From a virus: DNA of 64,000 nt. Under the pieces are notes generated by a model. The model saw nothing but the letters and a program-made list of their open reading frames with translations, searched no databases and was not told the origin of the DNA. Of this stretch, positions 26,963 to 36,800 are shown piece by piece. A program made the translations under genes and the position numbers. The first letter of the stretch is position 1, and every line of letters begins with the position of its first letter. The stretch lies in the IMG/VR virus record IMGVR_UViG_3300045988_119743; one strand, written 5' to 3'.

Positions 26963-28373
26963 ACTTAGACCTTACCAAAAAGAAGCAGTAGATGCCGGGC
27001 TTAAGTTTCTTACAGGAAGATCTAAGAAGCCTGGCATAATCGTAGCCCCATGCGGATGTGGAAAGAGCCTTCTGATATCCAAGATAGCACATGAAATAAA
27101 TAGACCGACATTAGTATTACAGCCCTCAAAAGAGATTCTGGAGCAGAATTATGCAAAGGCCGTATCATTCGGTTCTAAACCTACTATATATTCTGCTTCA
27201 TGTGGTATAAAGGAGCTGTCGGCTATGACTTATGCAACATTAAAGAGCATAAAGAAAGATGTAGCGAGGTTGAAGGATATAGGGATAGATACCTTATTGA
27301 TAGACGAATGTCATTCAGGATATTCTCCTGAAGAAGGTTCTGAATTTATGGAGTTTATGAACGGGTTCCCAGAGGCGAAGGTGCTGGGCTTCACCGCCAC
27401 TCCCTGCCGCCTCCGAACCTACAGTTCCATGCTGGAAGGAAACTATAGCAAACTCAATATGCTGACGAAAGACGAGCATAACTTCTTCAAGAAAATAGTT
27501 CATGTGACTCAAATACAAGAACTAACTTCTCAAGGGTTTTGGTGTCCACTTAAGTACGAACGATGGTCGTTTGATGAATCAGCTCTGATGTTAAACAGCA
27601 CCGGGGCTGAATACACCAACGAATCTATTAAAGAAAGTATTGTACGAAACGGCTTAAACAACTCTATCTACAAGCGCCTTCTTCAACTTATGAACGAACG
27701 TAAAGCCATTTTGGTTTGCATGGATTCTATCGAATCATGTAATAGAATATCAGAGTTCATGAATGCCAAGATGGGAGCTATAACCGGTGTCGTGACATCG
27801 CTAACAACCAAAAAGAAAAGAGAACAAATCATATCCGATTTCAAAGAAGGTAAGTTGAAGGTGGTTTTTAATTATTCAACGCTTGCTACCGGATTTGATT
27901 TTCCTGAACTTGATTGTGTGATGTTTGGACGTCCAACTTTCTCATATTCAGTATATTACCAAGTGCTCGGTCGATGTGTCCGCATCCATCCTGACAAGAA
28001 AGAGGCGCTGATAGTTGATTGCTGCGACAACATGAGACGCTTTGGTCGGATAGAAGACCTGACAATCGAACAATTCCCTTCTAAGGGCTGGTGTATGTTT
28101 GCCGGCGATCAACTTCTGTCCAATATAAGGATGGGTGATATTATTACCAAAGACGAGATCCTTCGCCGGGCAGCCTCGCTTAAATCTGTGAATGGAGATG
28201 GTAGGAGAGAAGACGATCTTGACAGCATAATAATGTGGTTTGGAAAATATGAAGGAATTAGATTCAAGGACATACCGGTGTCTTATTTTAGGTTCTTGGC
28301 TGAGAATATGGCAGTAAAACCAGGAGATAGAAAAGAAAAGATTATCGAATATTATAATAGAATAAAAGCATGA
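26952..28373 (+). CDS. SF2 DEAH-box DNA helicase
   Basis: Motif I APCGCGKS; II LIDECHSG; III GFTATP; VI QVLGRCVR. Confidence 0.75.
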   Translation: MGFELRPYQKEAVDAGLKFLTGRSKKPGIIVAPCGCGKSLLISKIAHEINRPTLVLQPSKEILEQNYAKAVSFGSKPTIYSASCGIKELSAMTYATLKSIKKDVARLKDIGIDTLLIDECHSGYSPEEGSEFMEFMNGFPEAKVLGFTATPCRLRTYSSMLEGNYSKLNMLTKDEHNFFKKIVHVTQIQELTSQGFWCPLKYERWSFDESALMLNSTGAEYTNESIKESIVRNGLNNSIYKRLLQLMNERKAILVCMDSIESCNRISEFMNAKMGAITGVVTSLTTKKKREQIISDFKEGKLKVVFNYSTLATGFDFPELDCVMFGRPTFSYSVYYQVLGRCVRIHPDKKEALIVDCCDNMRRFGRIEDLTIEQFPSKGWCMFAGDQLLSNIRMGDIITKDEILRRAASLKSVNGDGRREDDLDSIIMWFGKYEGIRFKDIPVSYFRFLAENMAVKPGDRKEKIIEYYNRIKA

Positions 28374-28726
28374 ACGACAAGAGAAGAAAAAAAATATTGG
28401 GTGTTATTAAAAACGTAGATAAGTATAAAACAGATTTTGAATACATCAAATCAAAGTTATCGGAGTTGAAGTATAACATAAATTCAGCCAAAGATGATGT
28501 TGATATGATTTTAGACGAAGAGACTGAGGCGAGAGATAATATACCGGAATCGTTACAAGACTCAGAAAAATATTGGGAATCAGATCAGGCTGTAGCTGAT
28601 ATGGAAGAGGTGGTTGATGACATGGAAGGCATTATAAACGATTTAGATGATGTGATTTCAACCATAGATGGGAGCATTAAAACTATAAATGGTTCTATTA
28701 AAGTAAATTTGGAAGGAATAATATAA
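28370..28726 (+). CDS. hypothetical acidic protein
   Basis: 118 aa, D/E-rich. Confidence 0.4.
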   Translation: MNDKRRKKILGVIKNVDKYKTDFEYIKSKLSELKYNINSAKDDVDMILDEETEARDNIPESLQDSEKYWESDQAVADMEEVVDDMEGIINDLDDVISTIDGSIKTINGSIKVNLEGII

Positions 28727-29032
28727 ATGGAAACAAGTGAATTAAGGGAAATACTTAAATTGTATGGTCTTCAACATGATGTTGTTATCAACAAAAGTTC
28801 AAGAAGGTATTCTATTATCTTAGATAATAACATAATAGGAACCGATCACGCTGAAGAGAGGGTGGTTGTGTTCCGTCCTATACCGGAAGGGAAAAACACA
28901 TTCTGCATGGAGCGAGATAGGTTCTACACGGAGTTTGAAGAAGCTTTTGATGACGATAAAGCCATAGAAGCCGTAAGACAATATTTTGAAAACAATAAAA
29001 CAGAAAGTCATGAACGAAAACGAAATATTTAG
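28727..29032 (+). CDS. hypothetical small protein
   Basis: 101-aa ORF. Confidence 0.35.
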   Translation: METSELREILKLYGLQHDVVINKSSRRYSIILDNNIIGTDHAEERVVVFRPIPEGKNTFCMERDRFYTEFEEAFDDDKAIEAVRQYFENNKTESHERKRNI

Positions 29033-29357
29033 GTTGAAGGGCAGAATAGCCATATCTAACCTATCACGTGAGGATAAGAACATGATAAATAGCATCCTTG
29101 ATGGTGTCAACAAAAAGGATGAAGAGGAAAAAGGATATGTCTATACCGTGAGAGTAAAACTAAACAACGGAAAGGTTGTACATGCTACTTTATTTTTTAA
29201 AAGCAAGACAGGTTCCACATTTGAAGAATTAAAGAAGGAGATTGATGATATGGGAGTTAAAGATGATGATTATAGCAATAACGGCATAATTATCATTAAC
29301 CGCATTGTTATGAGCGGAGAAGAATTTGATCGCTTTATAGGCGAAGAAGAAAAATAA
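28986..29357 (+). CDS. hypothetical small protein
   Basis: 123-aa ORF; the true start is probably the internal MNENEIF, near the upstream stop. Confidence 0.35.
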   Translation: MKTIKQKVMNENEIFRLKGRIAISNLSREDKNMINSILDGVNKKDEEEKGYVYTVRVKLNNGKVVHATLFFKSKTGSTFEELKKEIDDMGVKDDDYSNNGIIIINRIVMSGEEFDRFIGEEEK

Positions 29358-29401
29358 TGGACTATATCATTATACTAATTGATTAAAACAACGATAAAAC
29401 G

Positions 29402-29968
29402 ATGGAAAAAATGGACAATAATACTAAAAACATCCTTTATCCAAAAGGATCTATTTTTCAAACACTGAAAGATGATAAGATAGATAAAAACACTATAATA
29501 TACAAAGGATCTTTAGTGACTTCAGCAACAAACATAAAAGAAAATGACAAGTTTGCTGAAGTTTATTACAATGGAGACGCAATTATTATAGAAACAGACA
29601 TTATGGAACTTATTCGTGTAGGAGATCCAGAAAAAAGTACTTCAATAAAATCAGTGAAAAATGACATCATTGACGACAAACTACGATGGGATTTGCTTCC
29701 GATGGAAGAAATTGAGGACATTGTAAAAGTCTATCATGCCGGAGCCAAAAAATATGGGTCTAATAATTGGCAGAATCTTGACAACGGATTTGAGCGGTAT
29801 CGAGCTGCAATGTTTCGACACCTGATGGAATACATGAAAGGAGAAAGAGTGGATTCCGATACAGGATGTTTTCATCTTGCACAATGTGCATGGAACTGCA
29901 TAGCTATGCTGTGGTATGACAAACATGGAAAAGGGTTGATACCATTAAATAAGGAGGAAAAGAAATGA
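29402..29968 (+). CDS. hypothetical protein, possibly a nucleotide pyrophosphohydrolase-like domain
   Basis: 188 aa; WDLLPMEEIEDIVKVYHAGAKKYGSNNW...RHLMEY...SDTGCFHLAQCAWNCIAMLW loosely resembles phage dATP/dGTP pyrophosphohydrolase-type domains (unverified). Confidence 0.4.
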   Translation: MEKMDNNTKNILYPKGSIFQTLKDDKIDKNTIIYKGSLVTSATNIKENDKFAEVYYNGDAIIIETDIMELIRVGDPEKSTSIKSVKNDIIDDKLRWDLLPMEEIEDIVKVYHAGAKKYGSNNWQNLDNGFERYRAAMFRHLMEYMKGERVDSDTGCFHLAQCAWNCIAMLWYDKHGKGLIPLNKEEKK

Positions 29969-30273
29969 CAATAGAACAACTAAATTATTTATTAAGAAAA
30001 GAGCTTTATGCTATAAAAAAACATAAAGACAATATTGATAGAATCAAAAAAGAATATTTTGATTCCAATTATGGGTTAAAAGAAGGAGATAAGATCCGTA
30101 TTTTACACGAAACAGGAGATGAAATGATAGGCTTCTTGAAAAAAGTTGAAGTATGTGAAGACGGAGATCTGTACTTGACAATCCAAAAACAAAACGAAAA
30201 AGGTGACAAAGGCAGAGGAACATGGAATATGTATCTATCATCAAAATCAATTAAAATTGAAAAATGTGTATAA
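29965..30273 (+). CDS. hypothetical small protein
   Basis: 102-aa ORF. Confidence 0.4.
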   Translation: MTIEQLNYLLRKELYAIKKHKDNIDRIKKEYFDSNYGLKEGDKIRILHETGDEMIGFLKKVEVCEDGDLYLTIQKQNEKGDKGRGTWNMYLSSKSIKIEKCV

Positions 30274-30277
30274 TGCC

Positions 30278-31459
30278 ATGAGAGTGTTAAGTTTATTTGA
30301 CGGAATGTCATGTGGTCAAATAGCGTTAAAAAAAATAGGGATCACACCTGAAGTATATTATGCATCAGGAATAGATAAGTTTGCTATTAAACAAACGCAA
30401 TTAAATTTCCCTAATACTATACAAGTAGGAGATGTAAGGGATTTGAATGTAGAAGATCTTGGACACATAGATCTTATTTTAGCCGGCAGCCCATGTACGG
30501 ATATGTCCTTTTCTGGAAAAAGAAAAGGGTTGTCTACCGTAGAAGGAATAGAAATCAAATCACTTAATGAGTATCTTGAATTAAAAAAAAAACAAGGATT
30601 TGAATTTGCCGGTCAGTCTTACTTATTCTGGGAGTTTATTCGTATTTTGAATGATGTAAGAAAAACTAATCCTGATGTATTATTTCTTCTTGAGAACGTT
30701 AAGATGGGAAAGAAATGGGAGCCGGTATTTGATGATGCTATAGGGTGTAAAGGCAATCATATTAATTCAGCACTTGTTTTCGCTCAAACCAGGAAACGTA
30801 TTTATTGGACTAATATTCAAGGCGGCATTATCCCTCAACCTAAAGACGAAGGTTTGACTATAAGTGATATAGCGGAATATGAAGTAGATGAAAAATATTA
30901 CTTATCTGAAAAAGTTTTAAACAATTTAGCTTTTCACTTAAAAAGAAATCACGACAAGGGGAATTATTATGGAGCTAATATTAAAACAAAAGATGAAAAA
31001 TCCAATACTGTTACCGTAAAGGGTAAATACATGTACGATCTTATTTGTGTAGCAATGAGAGGTAGGAATCCAGAAAAACCTACATGTAGAGAATCTGGTC
31101 TTAAAACAGTTCAGATGATTGAATTTAAAAACGATGGAAAATCCAATTGTCTCACAACAGTTCAGAAAGATAATCTTATTTTCCAAATACCAAGAGGATT
31201 TAACAAAGGTGGATTTCATGAAGATAAGGCTCCAACATTATCTTGTAATTCATATGATAGAAACAATTTTATCATACAGAGAGCATTACATGGCGATTTC
31301 AGAATAAGAAGATTAACCCCTACAGAGTGCTCCAGGTTACAGACTGTACCAGATTGGTATAAATGGGAATGCAGCGAAACCCAACAGTACAAGATGTTGG
31401 GAAACGGGTGGACTATTAAAGTTATTGAACATATACTTAAAAGAATAAAAGAATCATGA
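30278..31459 (+). CDS. dcm: DNA (cytosine-5)-methyltransferase
   Basis: Motif I VLSLFDGMSCGQ; motif IV GSPCTDMSFSG; motif VI LLENV. The start is assigned to the ATG at 30278 (MRVLSLFDG), directly after the upstream stop. Confidence 0.8.
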   Translation: MRVLSLFDGMSCGQIALKKIGITPEVYYASGIDKFAIKQTQLNFPNTIQVGDVRDLNVEDLGHIDLILAGSPCTDMSFSGKRKGLSTVEGIEIKSLNEYLELKKKQGFEFAGQSYLFWEFIRILNDVRKTNPDVLFLLENVKMGKKWEPVFDDAIGCKGNHINSALVFAQTRKRIYWTNIQGGIIPQPKDEGLTISDIAEYEVDEKYYLSEKVLNNLAFHLKRNHDKGNYYGANIKTKDEKSNTVTVKGKYMYDLICVAMRGRNPEKPTCRESGLKTVQMIEFKNDGKSNCLTTVQKDNLIFQIPRGFNKGGFHEDKAPTLSCNSYDRNNFIIQRALHGDFRIRRLTPTECSRLQTVPDWYKWECSETQQYKMLGNGWTIKVIEHILKRIKES

Positions 31460-31986
31460 TTAGAGCAAGATTTTACATTAAAAAATCCGACTGCGGTAAC
31501 GACCACCGTCCAGTCAAATGGCCTATAAAATATCCATATTGGTGTAGCGCAGAATCCAGTAATTCATTTGTATTGGTGGCGTATGCTGAAGACGAAGACA
31601 GTATAAAAGAACTGTGGCCGGAGGCGTATGATATTAATGTCTTAGAGAAAGATACCGAAATTAGATTCACATTAAGATTCCCTAAGCCGAAATGGTATGA
31701 ATTGTACGAAAGGGAATTAGAAGAATGTGATAGATTTATATGGGTTACGGATGCGTGCCTGAGAGACGGTATAATAAGAAAAGTAAAAGCTAAAATAGAA
31801 GAGTATGGTGGTCTTTTGTTAGCCGACATCCCTGATAGGTTCACTCCTTATGAAATAGGAATGGATGCTTTTGAGAGCAAAGAAGAAGCTTTAAAACATG
31901 CAGAGGAACGGAGAGCGCACCTGATCGAATCTATTAAGAAACAATTGAATGAGCTTGAAAATCTAAAATTTGAATGCGATGATTAA
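31456..31986 (+). CDS. hypothetical protein
   Basis: 176-aa ORF. Confidence 0.45.
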   Translation: MIRARFYIKKSDCGNDHRPVKWPIKYPYWCSAESSNSFVLVAYAEDEDSIKELWPEAYDINVLEKDTEIRFTLRFPKPKWYELYERELEECDRFIWVTDACLRDGIIRKVKAKIEEYGGLLLADIPDRFTPYEIGMDAFESKEEALKHAEERRAHLIESIKKQLNELENLKFECDD

Positions 31987-32692
31987 TTACGCAGCAAAAG
32001 CCAGAAAAGCTTATTTGATAAATAATTTCGATAAGATTCTTAACAGTCTTAACACGCTTCATTCAACGGTTGAGACCATGACGTTGTTCGTAAACGACCA
32101 GGCTTATAATTACATTCTTAAGCTGAAGGGAGTGGTTAAAGGCGGTCCTATGTATAAGCACAATATCAAGCGTCTTTTAAATGACATGGACAAAGAGATA
32201 AAGAGGTACAATGCTTCTATCTACTACATAAATAAAGAGCGTAGTGAGGTTATAGCTGATATAACACAAGCGATGGAAGATTGCCTCATGCCATACATAA
32301 ACGACCTGGCCGGCGCTATAAGGGCAGCCGTGTGGTCGAGGGGTGTGTCCGAGGAGCGGACGGAAGCGGCGGTACTGTCCCTAATCGTATCCTCCTTGGC
32401 TACGACATCAGGCAGACTTATCTCAGGTGGATATCAGATCATGAAAGAAATGGGTGGAGGTCAAGGTGGTAATCCATTTACGTTTATGAGCATTGATAAG
32501 ATAAGACACTTATCTACATCATTATCTGATGCTATTACCGGTGGAGAAATAGCTCTTGAAGAAAAAGAAGCCAATGACATAACTAAGGCAATGGATGTTT
32601 TTATTGAGAAAATGTCTGATTCGGATATTGTTGATAAGGTAATTAGCATACTCGAAGAGGCAGAATCTAAAAACAAGGAGGAGCGATCGTGA
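31970..32692 (+). CDS. hypothetical protein
   Basis: 240-aa ORF containing GC-rich island G. Confidence 0.45.
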   Translation: MNAMINYAAKARKAYLINNFDKILNSLNTLHSTVETMTLFVNDQAYNYILKLKGVVKGGPMYKHNIKRLLNDMDKEIKRYNASIYYINKERSEVIADITQAMEDCLMPYINDLAGAIRAAVWSRGVSEERTEAAVLSLIVSSLATTSGRLISGGYQIMKEMGGGQGGNPFTFMSIDKIRHLSTSLSDAITGGEIALEEKEANDITKAMDVFIEKMSDSDIVDKVISILEEAESKNKEERS

Positions 32693-32880
32693 ATTATTTG
32701 GATGGGTATGTAGAAGAAGTTCTTTCCGAGCCGTACTATGATGATTACGGCTCTGGGATTTTTAGGTGGTGGGTAAAAGTATCTTACGTTTGTGAAGGCA
32801 TAGGAGCTGTCACTACCTTAATGTTTGATACAAGAGAAGAAGCGGAAGCAATAAAAACAGGTTATAAATTTTTATGTTGA
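32689..32880 (+). CDS. hypothetical small protein
   Basis: 63-aa ORF. Confidence 0.3.
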   Translation: MNYLDGYVEEVLSEPYYDDYGSGIFRWWVKVSYVCEGIGAVTTLMFDTREEAEAIKTGYKFLC

Positions 32881-32886
32881 AAAAAT

Positions 32887-33123
32887 ATGAGGTATTTTAT
32901 TTTATTGATGGCACTTGTGTTATCATCATGTTCGCATGATGATAGTCAGGTTAATAACGGATGGGTTATATATGATCTACGTCCTTTAGAAGATGGATGT
33001 ATAATGTATTATGGTGAAGACGAAAGAATTTCAATATTTTATAATAATAGGCTTATAAAATTCGTTGGACACCAAGGGGAATACAATATCGGAGATTCTG
33101 TTAAGATCGTAAAAGTGAAATAA
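32887..33123 (+). CDS. small lipoprotein (signal peptide + lipobox)
   Basis: MRYFILLMALVLSSC: hydrophobic h-region followed by an L-S-S-C lipobox; 78 aa. Confidence 0.5.
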   Translation: MRYFILLMALVLSSCSHDDSQVNNGWVIYDLRPLEDGCIMYYGEDERISIFYNNRLIKFVGHQGEYNIGDSVKIVKVK

Positions 33124-33124
33124 T

Positions 33125-33613
33125 ATGGAAAAGAATTTAAAACTTGTATGTCCAAAATGTGGCACCCCTCACCAGCCTCATTCTCCGCACACGATGGATG
33201 CAGATGGATTTGAAAGGTGTGAGATAAGAACTGTCATGGAAGACAGGGGATGGTGCTACGAATGCTCTTTTTGGCAAAATATGTACGACAAGCACAAAGA
33301 CGATCCTGGATGGGTTAGGATAGACGGTGAAAGCTGGGTGCTTAAGCCTATGGTGGAAAACGTACCGAGTGGATGGAACAGCCTTGGATGTGGTGGAAGA
33401 AAAATGTATATCAATATCGAAGGGAAAGGCATTGTTACATCAAATAACTGCTGGTGTCAAGGTGATGTTTCGGACGCATTCAAGGATCTTATGCCTGATA
33501 ATGCTACTTGGGCTACGAAGGAGGAATTTGACAAAGCTCCTGTAGTAGGATACGTTATAGAAGGTGTTGGTTTGGTTTTCACAGATAGGGGAGGTCATGA
33601 AGTTAATGCTTAG
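33125..33613 (+). CDS. hypothetical Cys-rich protein
   Basis: 162 aa with CPKCG...C...CYEC...CWCQG. Confidence 0.45.
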   Translation: MEKNLKLVCPKCGTPHQPHSPHTMDADGFERCEIRTVMEDRGWCYECSFWQNMYDKHKDDPGWVRIDGESWVLKPMVENVPSGWNSLGCGGRKMYINIEGKGIVTSNNCWCQGDVSDAFKDLMPDNATWATKEEFDKAPVVGYVIEGVGLVFTDRGGHEVNA

Positions 33614-33655
33614 AAACTTAGGTAATTATATACCTTTTTTTTCATAACAAAAGAA

Positions 33656-33689
33656 ACCGGTTCTCTATCATCTCTGACTGAGAACCGGT
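33656..33689. terminator. bidirectional terminator-like hairpin at the convergent junction of the plus- and minus-strand modules
   Basis: Perfect 10-bp stem ACCGGTTCTC / GAGAACCGGT with a 14-nt loop; a T8 run lies 5' of it on the plus strand, which gives a U-tract for minus-strand transcripts. Confidence 0.5.
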
Positions 33690-33825
33690 AAGAAAACAAT
33701 TTCAGAAAAAATTTAACCTACATAATCTTTCAAGTAAGAACAAAAAACGTACAATCTACTCTTTGACGATGCTAATATAACATATTGGAATCATACAAAA
33801 ACAATTCAAGTCCGATATTCTTCGT

Positions 33826-36800
33826 CTATTTGTAACTAACATCATCGTCTCCTTCCGAATCAGGAGTGGCGCCAATGAAGAACATCATTGACTTGTTGTT
33901 CGTCTGCTGCCACCAATTATAGGCGCGCGCCACGTCTTCCGGTGTCTTGATGTTATACCATTGTTTGATAAACGTCTGTTTGGCGAGCTGCCTAAATAAC
34001 TTAGACTCTCCTTCGTATGTACCGGATGTCACTTTATCAAGTGAGTAGTTCCTAAGATCGGTAAGATCCTTAAGTTTCCTTCCCATAACAAACGGGTCGT
34101 TAATGATATCTACCACATTAAGCTCCATAATAAACGGCATCTGTGAAGCTATTTCGTTTATGGTTCTGAATCCTACGTAGGATCCGAATTGAGTAAGCCA
34201 ACTTTCCTCGTTTTCATCATCATCACGCCACCCGGCAAGAAGCATAGATACGGCTTGCATGATAAGGAACGTACCAGCATAGACACTGAGGCGTTTGAGA
34301 TTGGTTTTTTCTACTTCACTCATATTGTCTTTATTTTCGTTCCAGGCATCTATGATGTTTTTCATACCAGACTCGGAAGCTAAGCTAAATGTTTTGGCTA
34401 TCATATTCTTTAACGTAATTGACAACCCTTCCTCTTCTTGCATTGTTTGGAAATTGAAGCCACGACTCTTCCATAGACGTTGAGCAGCCAGCACCAACCA
34501 TCCTCGGTGGGCGGTCATGAACCTCGCTATCCAGTTGCGTGATGCGGCAGTCCGATTTTCTTCATTCAAAGATCCGTTACATATCTGCGACAAGCTACGA
34601 ACTTGATTTCTGGTTATAGCCATCTGGGTTTCAACTTCCTCAACAGTAACACCCGATCCGGGCTTTACAACCACCTTCCCATCCACGACATCTACCATAC
34701 TCCATAAAGTACGATCTTTTAATGCATTCCATTCTCTTTTTATGGTACTCTGTTCTTTACCACGTTCTTTTTCCATCTTGAAATCCTGGAACGTGTAGAA
34801 CCGGCCTTTATAGTATCGCACGTTATCCATAGTGGCAATCATAACCTGCGGGTCAAGAGGGTAGTTCAGGATTTCCATAAAAGCATACATAGGTGAACGC
34901 ATTAAGGTCCTGGCCACTCTATTGTATCCGGCACCATACATACGATTTCGGATATTGAATATCCCCATTCTCTCACCTATGACATATAATTTGCTTTTCC
35001 TATCTATGTCTCCGGTTTCTGCTATACAAGATGGCGCAAGACGTGAAAACTCAGCCGATGCGTATTTAAGGGAATCTTTGCTTATATACTGTCCTACGGC
35101 AGATTCCATGATGAGGTTAATATGACCTGTTAAGGCGCCAGTAGCTGCCACAAACGGGGACAGCGCCAGGTTCATGACCGACATAAATCTTTCAACGGCC
35201 ATCATTATCCTGGTAAGGTCTACTGTGTATCCACCGATGTTTACCGTCAGTTTTTTGGTGTTCATCCTAATGCCATAATAATGATCGTTAAAGAAGTCTC
35301 TAAACATCTGATATGCTTGAGTCGCTTCAGCTTTCTTACCGCCTTCAAATTGCTTATTCAGCAACATCTGCTCCAGTCCTTGGGCAAGCTCTATAGATTT
35401 CTGCTTTTCGTTGTATAACGATGACTGCATCATAAGCATCGAATAAGAGTAGCCAAAATCGTGAGATACATCATCTTGGTTCTCCAACTCATATATGTAG
35501 TATTTAGGTATAGACCTAAGTCTGTCTTCCGGATCATATACTTCCCCTTGCCTGGTCTTACCATATAGAGAATCGTCTACTCTGTCCAGGCACAGATCTG
35601 ATACAAAATTACGAACCGTATTTTTGAAGTTAATACCCAATCCTTCCATACGTTCTATGTCTTGTTTTGATATCTGTGGAATAGCATACAAATTGGGACT
35701 CTGCTCTTTGTATAGATCAAGGGATTGTCTTTTTATTTCCTTGAGTTTTTGAATCATATTCCACTGCTCTACGTTTTTAGTAGCAACTTCATTACCGTCA
35801 GCATCATACTTGATACCAAAGTCATTGAAATACGATTCATCACGATACAGGCTTTTCTTAGGCATTCGATGACCATACCCATGATCTTTTACATAATCAG
35901 GATTACGGCCGCTATTTTCGGCTTCAGATTCAGCCACCCATGCCCTTGCAGGATCGAAAGACAGGTACGATATGTCCATGCCATAATCTTGGGTGGATGT
36001 ACCATTTTGTACGTCCTTAACCATCTGCGCCACATCTATCTCACCTCGACCAATTTTGTCGATCATAGCCGCATATCCGGTAGGCGCCATGCGTTTATAG
36101 TACGAAAAGACCTGGCTCCTGGCAAATTCATTAACAATAGCATTGGCCTCTTCTATGCCCTCCTCTCTTGTATTATTTAAAAATAAGCTGGCCATCTTAG
36201 CATTAACAGCATTCCTAAAATCTCTACCGTCTAATTCTTTGCTTATACCAAGCTTTTCTGACAGGTAATTGGTTTCAGATACGGTAAACAGATATCGGTT
36301 ATCAGCAGCCTTAAACAGCTTATCCCTTAAAGCCTGAATCCTTTTTGCTTTCTTCGCCGTAGTATGACGTTGTACGAACTTCCATTCCACTTCCTTGGAG
36401 TCAGCAAGAGCATTTAAATAAGACTGATTTACTTCGTTTTCAGCCTTACTGCTTTTAGTAAGGTACTTATCAATATCTTCAAGACCCACCATCTTAGCAT
36501 AATCTATCAAAATAGCGTAATCGGCTTCAATAGCTTCAGATGCGGCCCTAAAAGCATCTCTTTCGGATGAGGTAAATGTCGCTTCGTTAATTTCTCCGAT
36601 ATCAGCCACATCGCGATTGTTTCCGATTATTTCCTTGATAATGGCCTTATTTTTTTCTATATCTTTTACAATCGAGTCCACGTCAGTCGCATCTCTATCA
36701 CTTGTCGTAGAACTAATGATATCATGCGCCATTTTGAGATACGAAGCCTTGTTATTTGATTCGGTACGTGCCGACTGTTCCGATTCTACATCATTCCAAA

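Noticed and set aside
35725-36180. 151-aa plus-strand ORF (and several 60-110 aa ORFs) inside the 2140-aa minus-strand gene
   Set aside because: They are antisense to a long uninterrupted ORF and have hydrophobic low-complexity translations typical of frame artefacts in AT-rich DNA.
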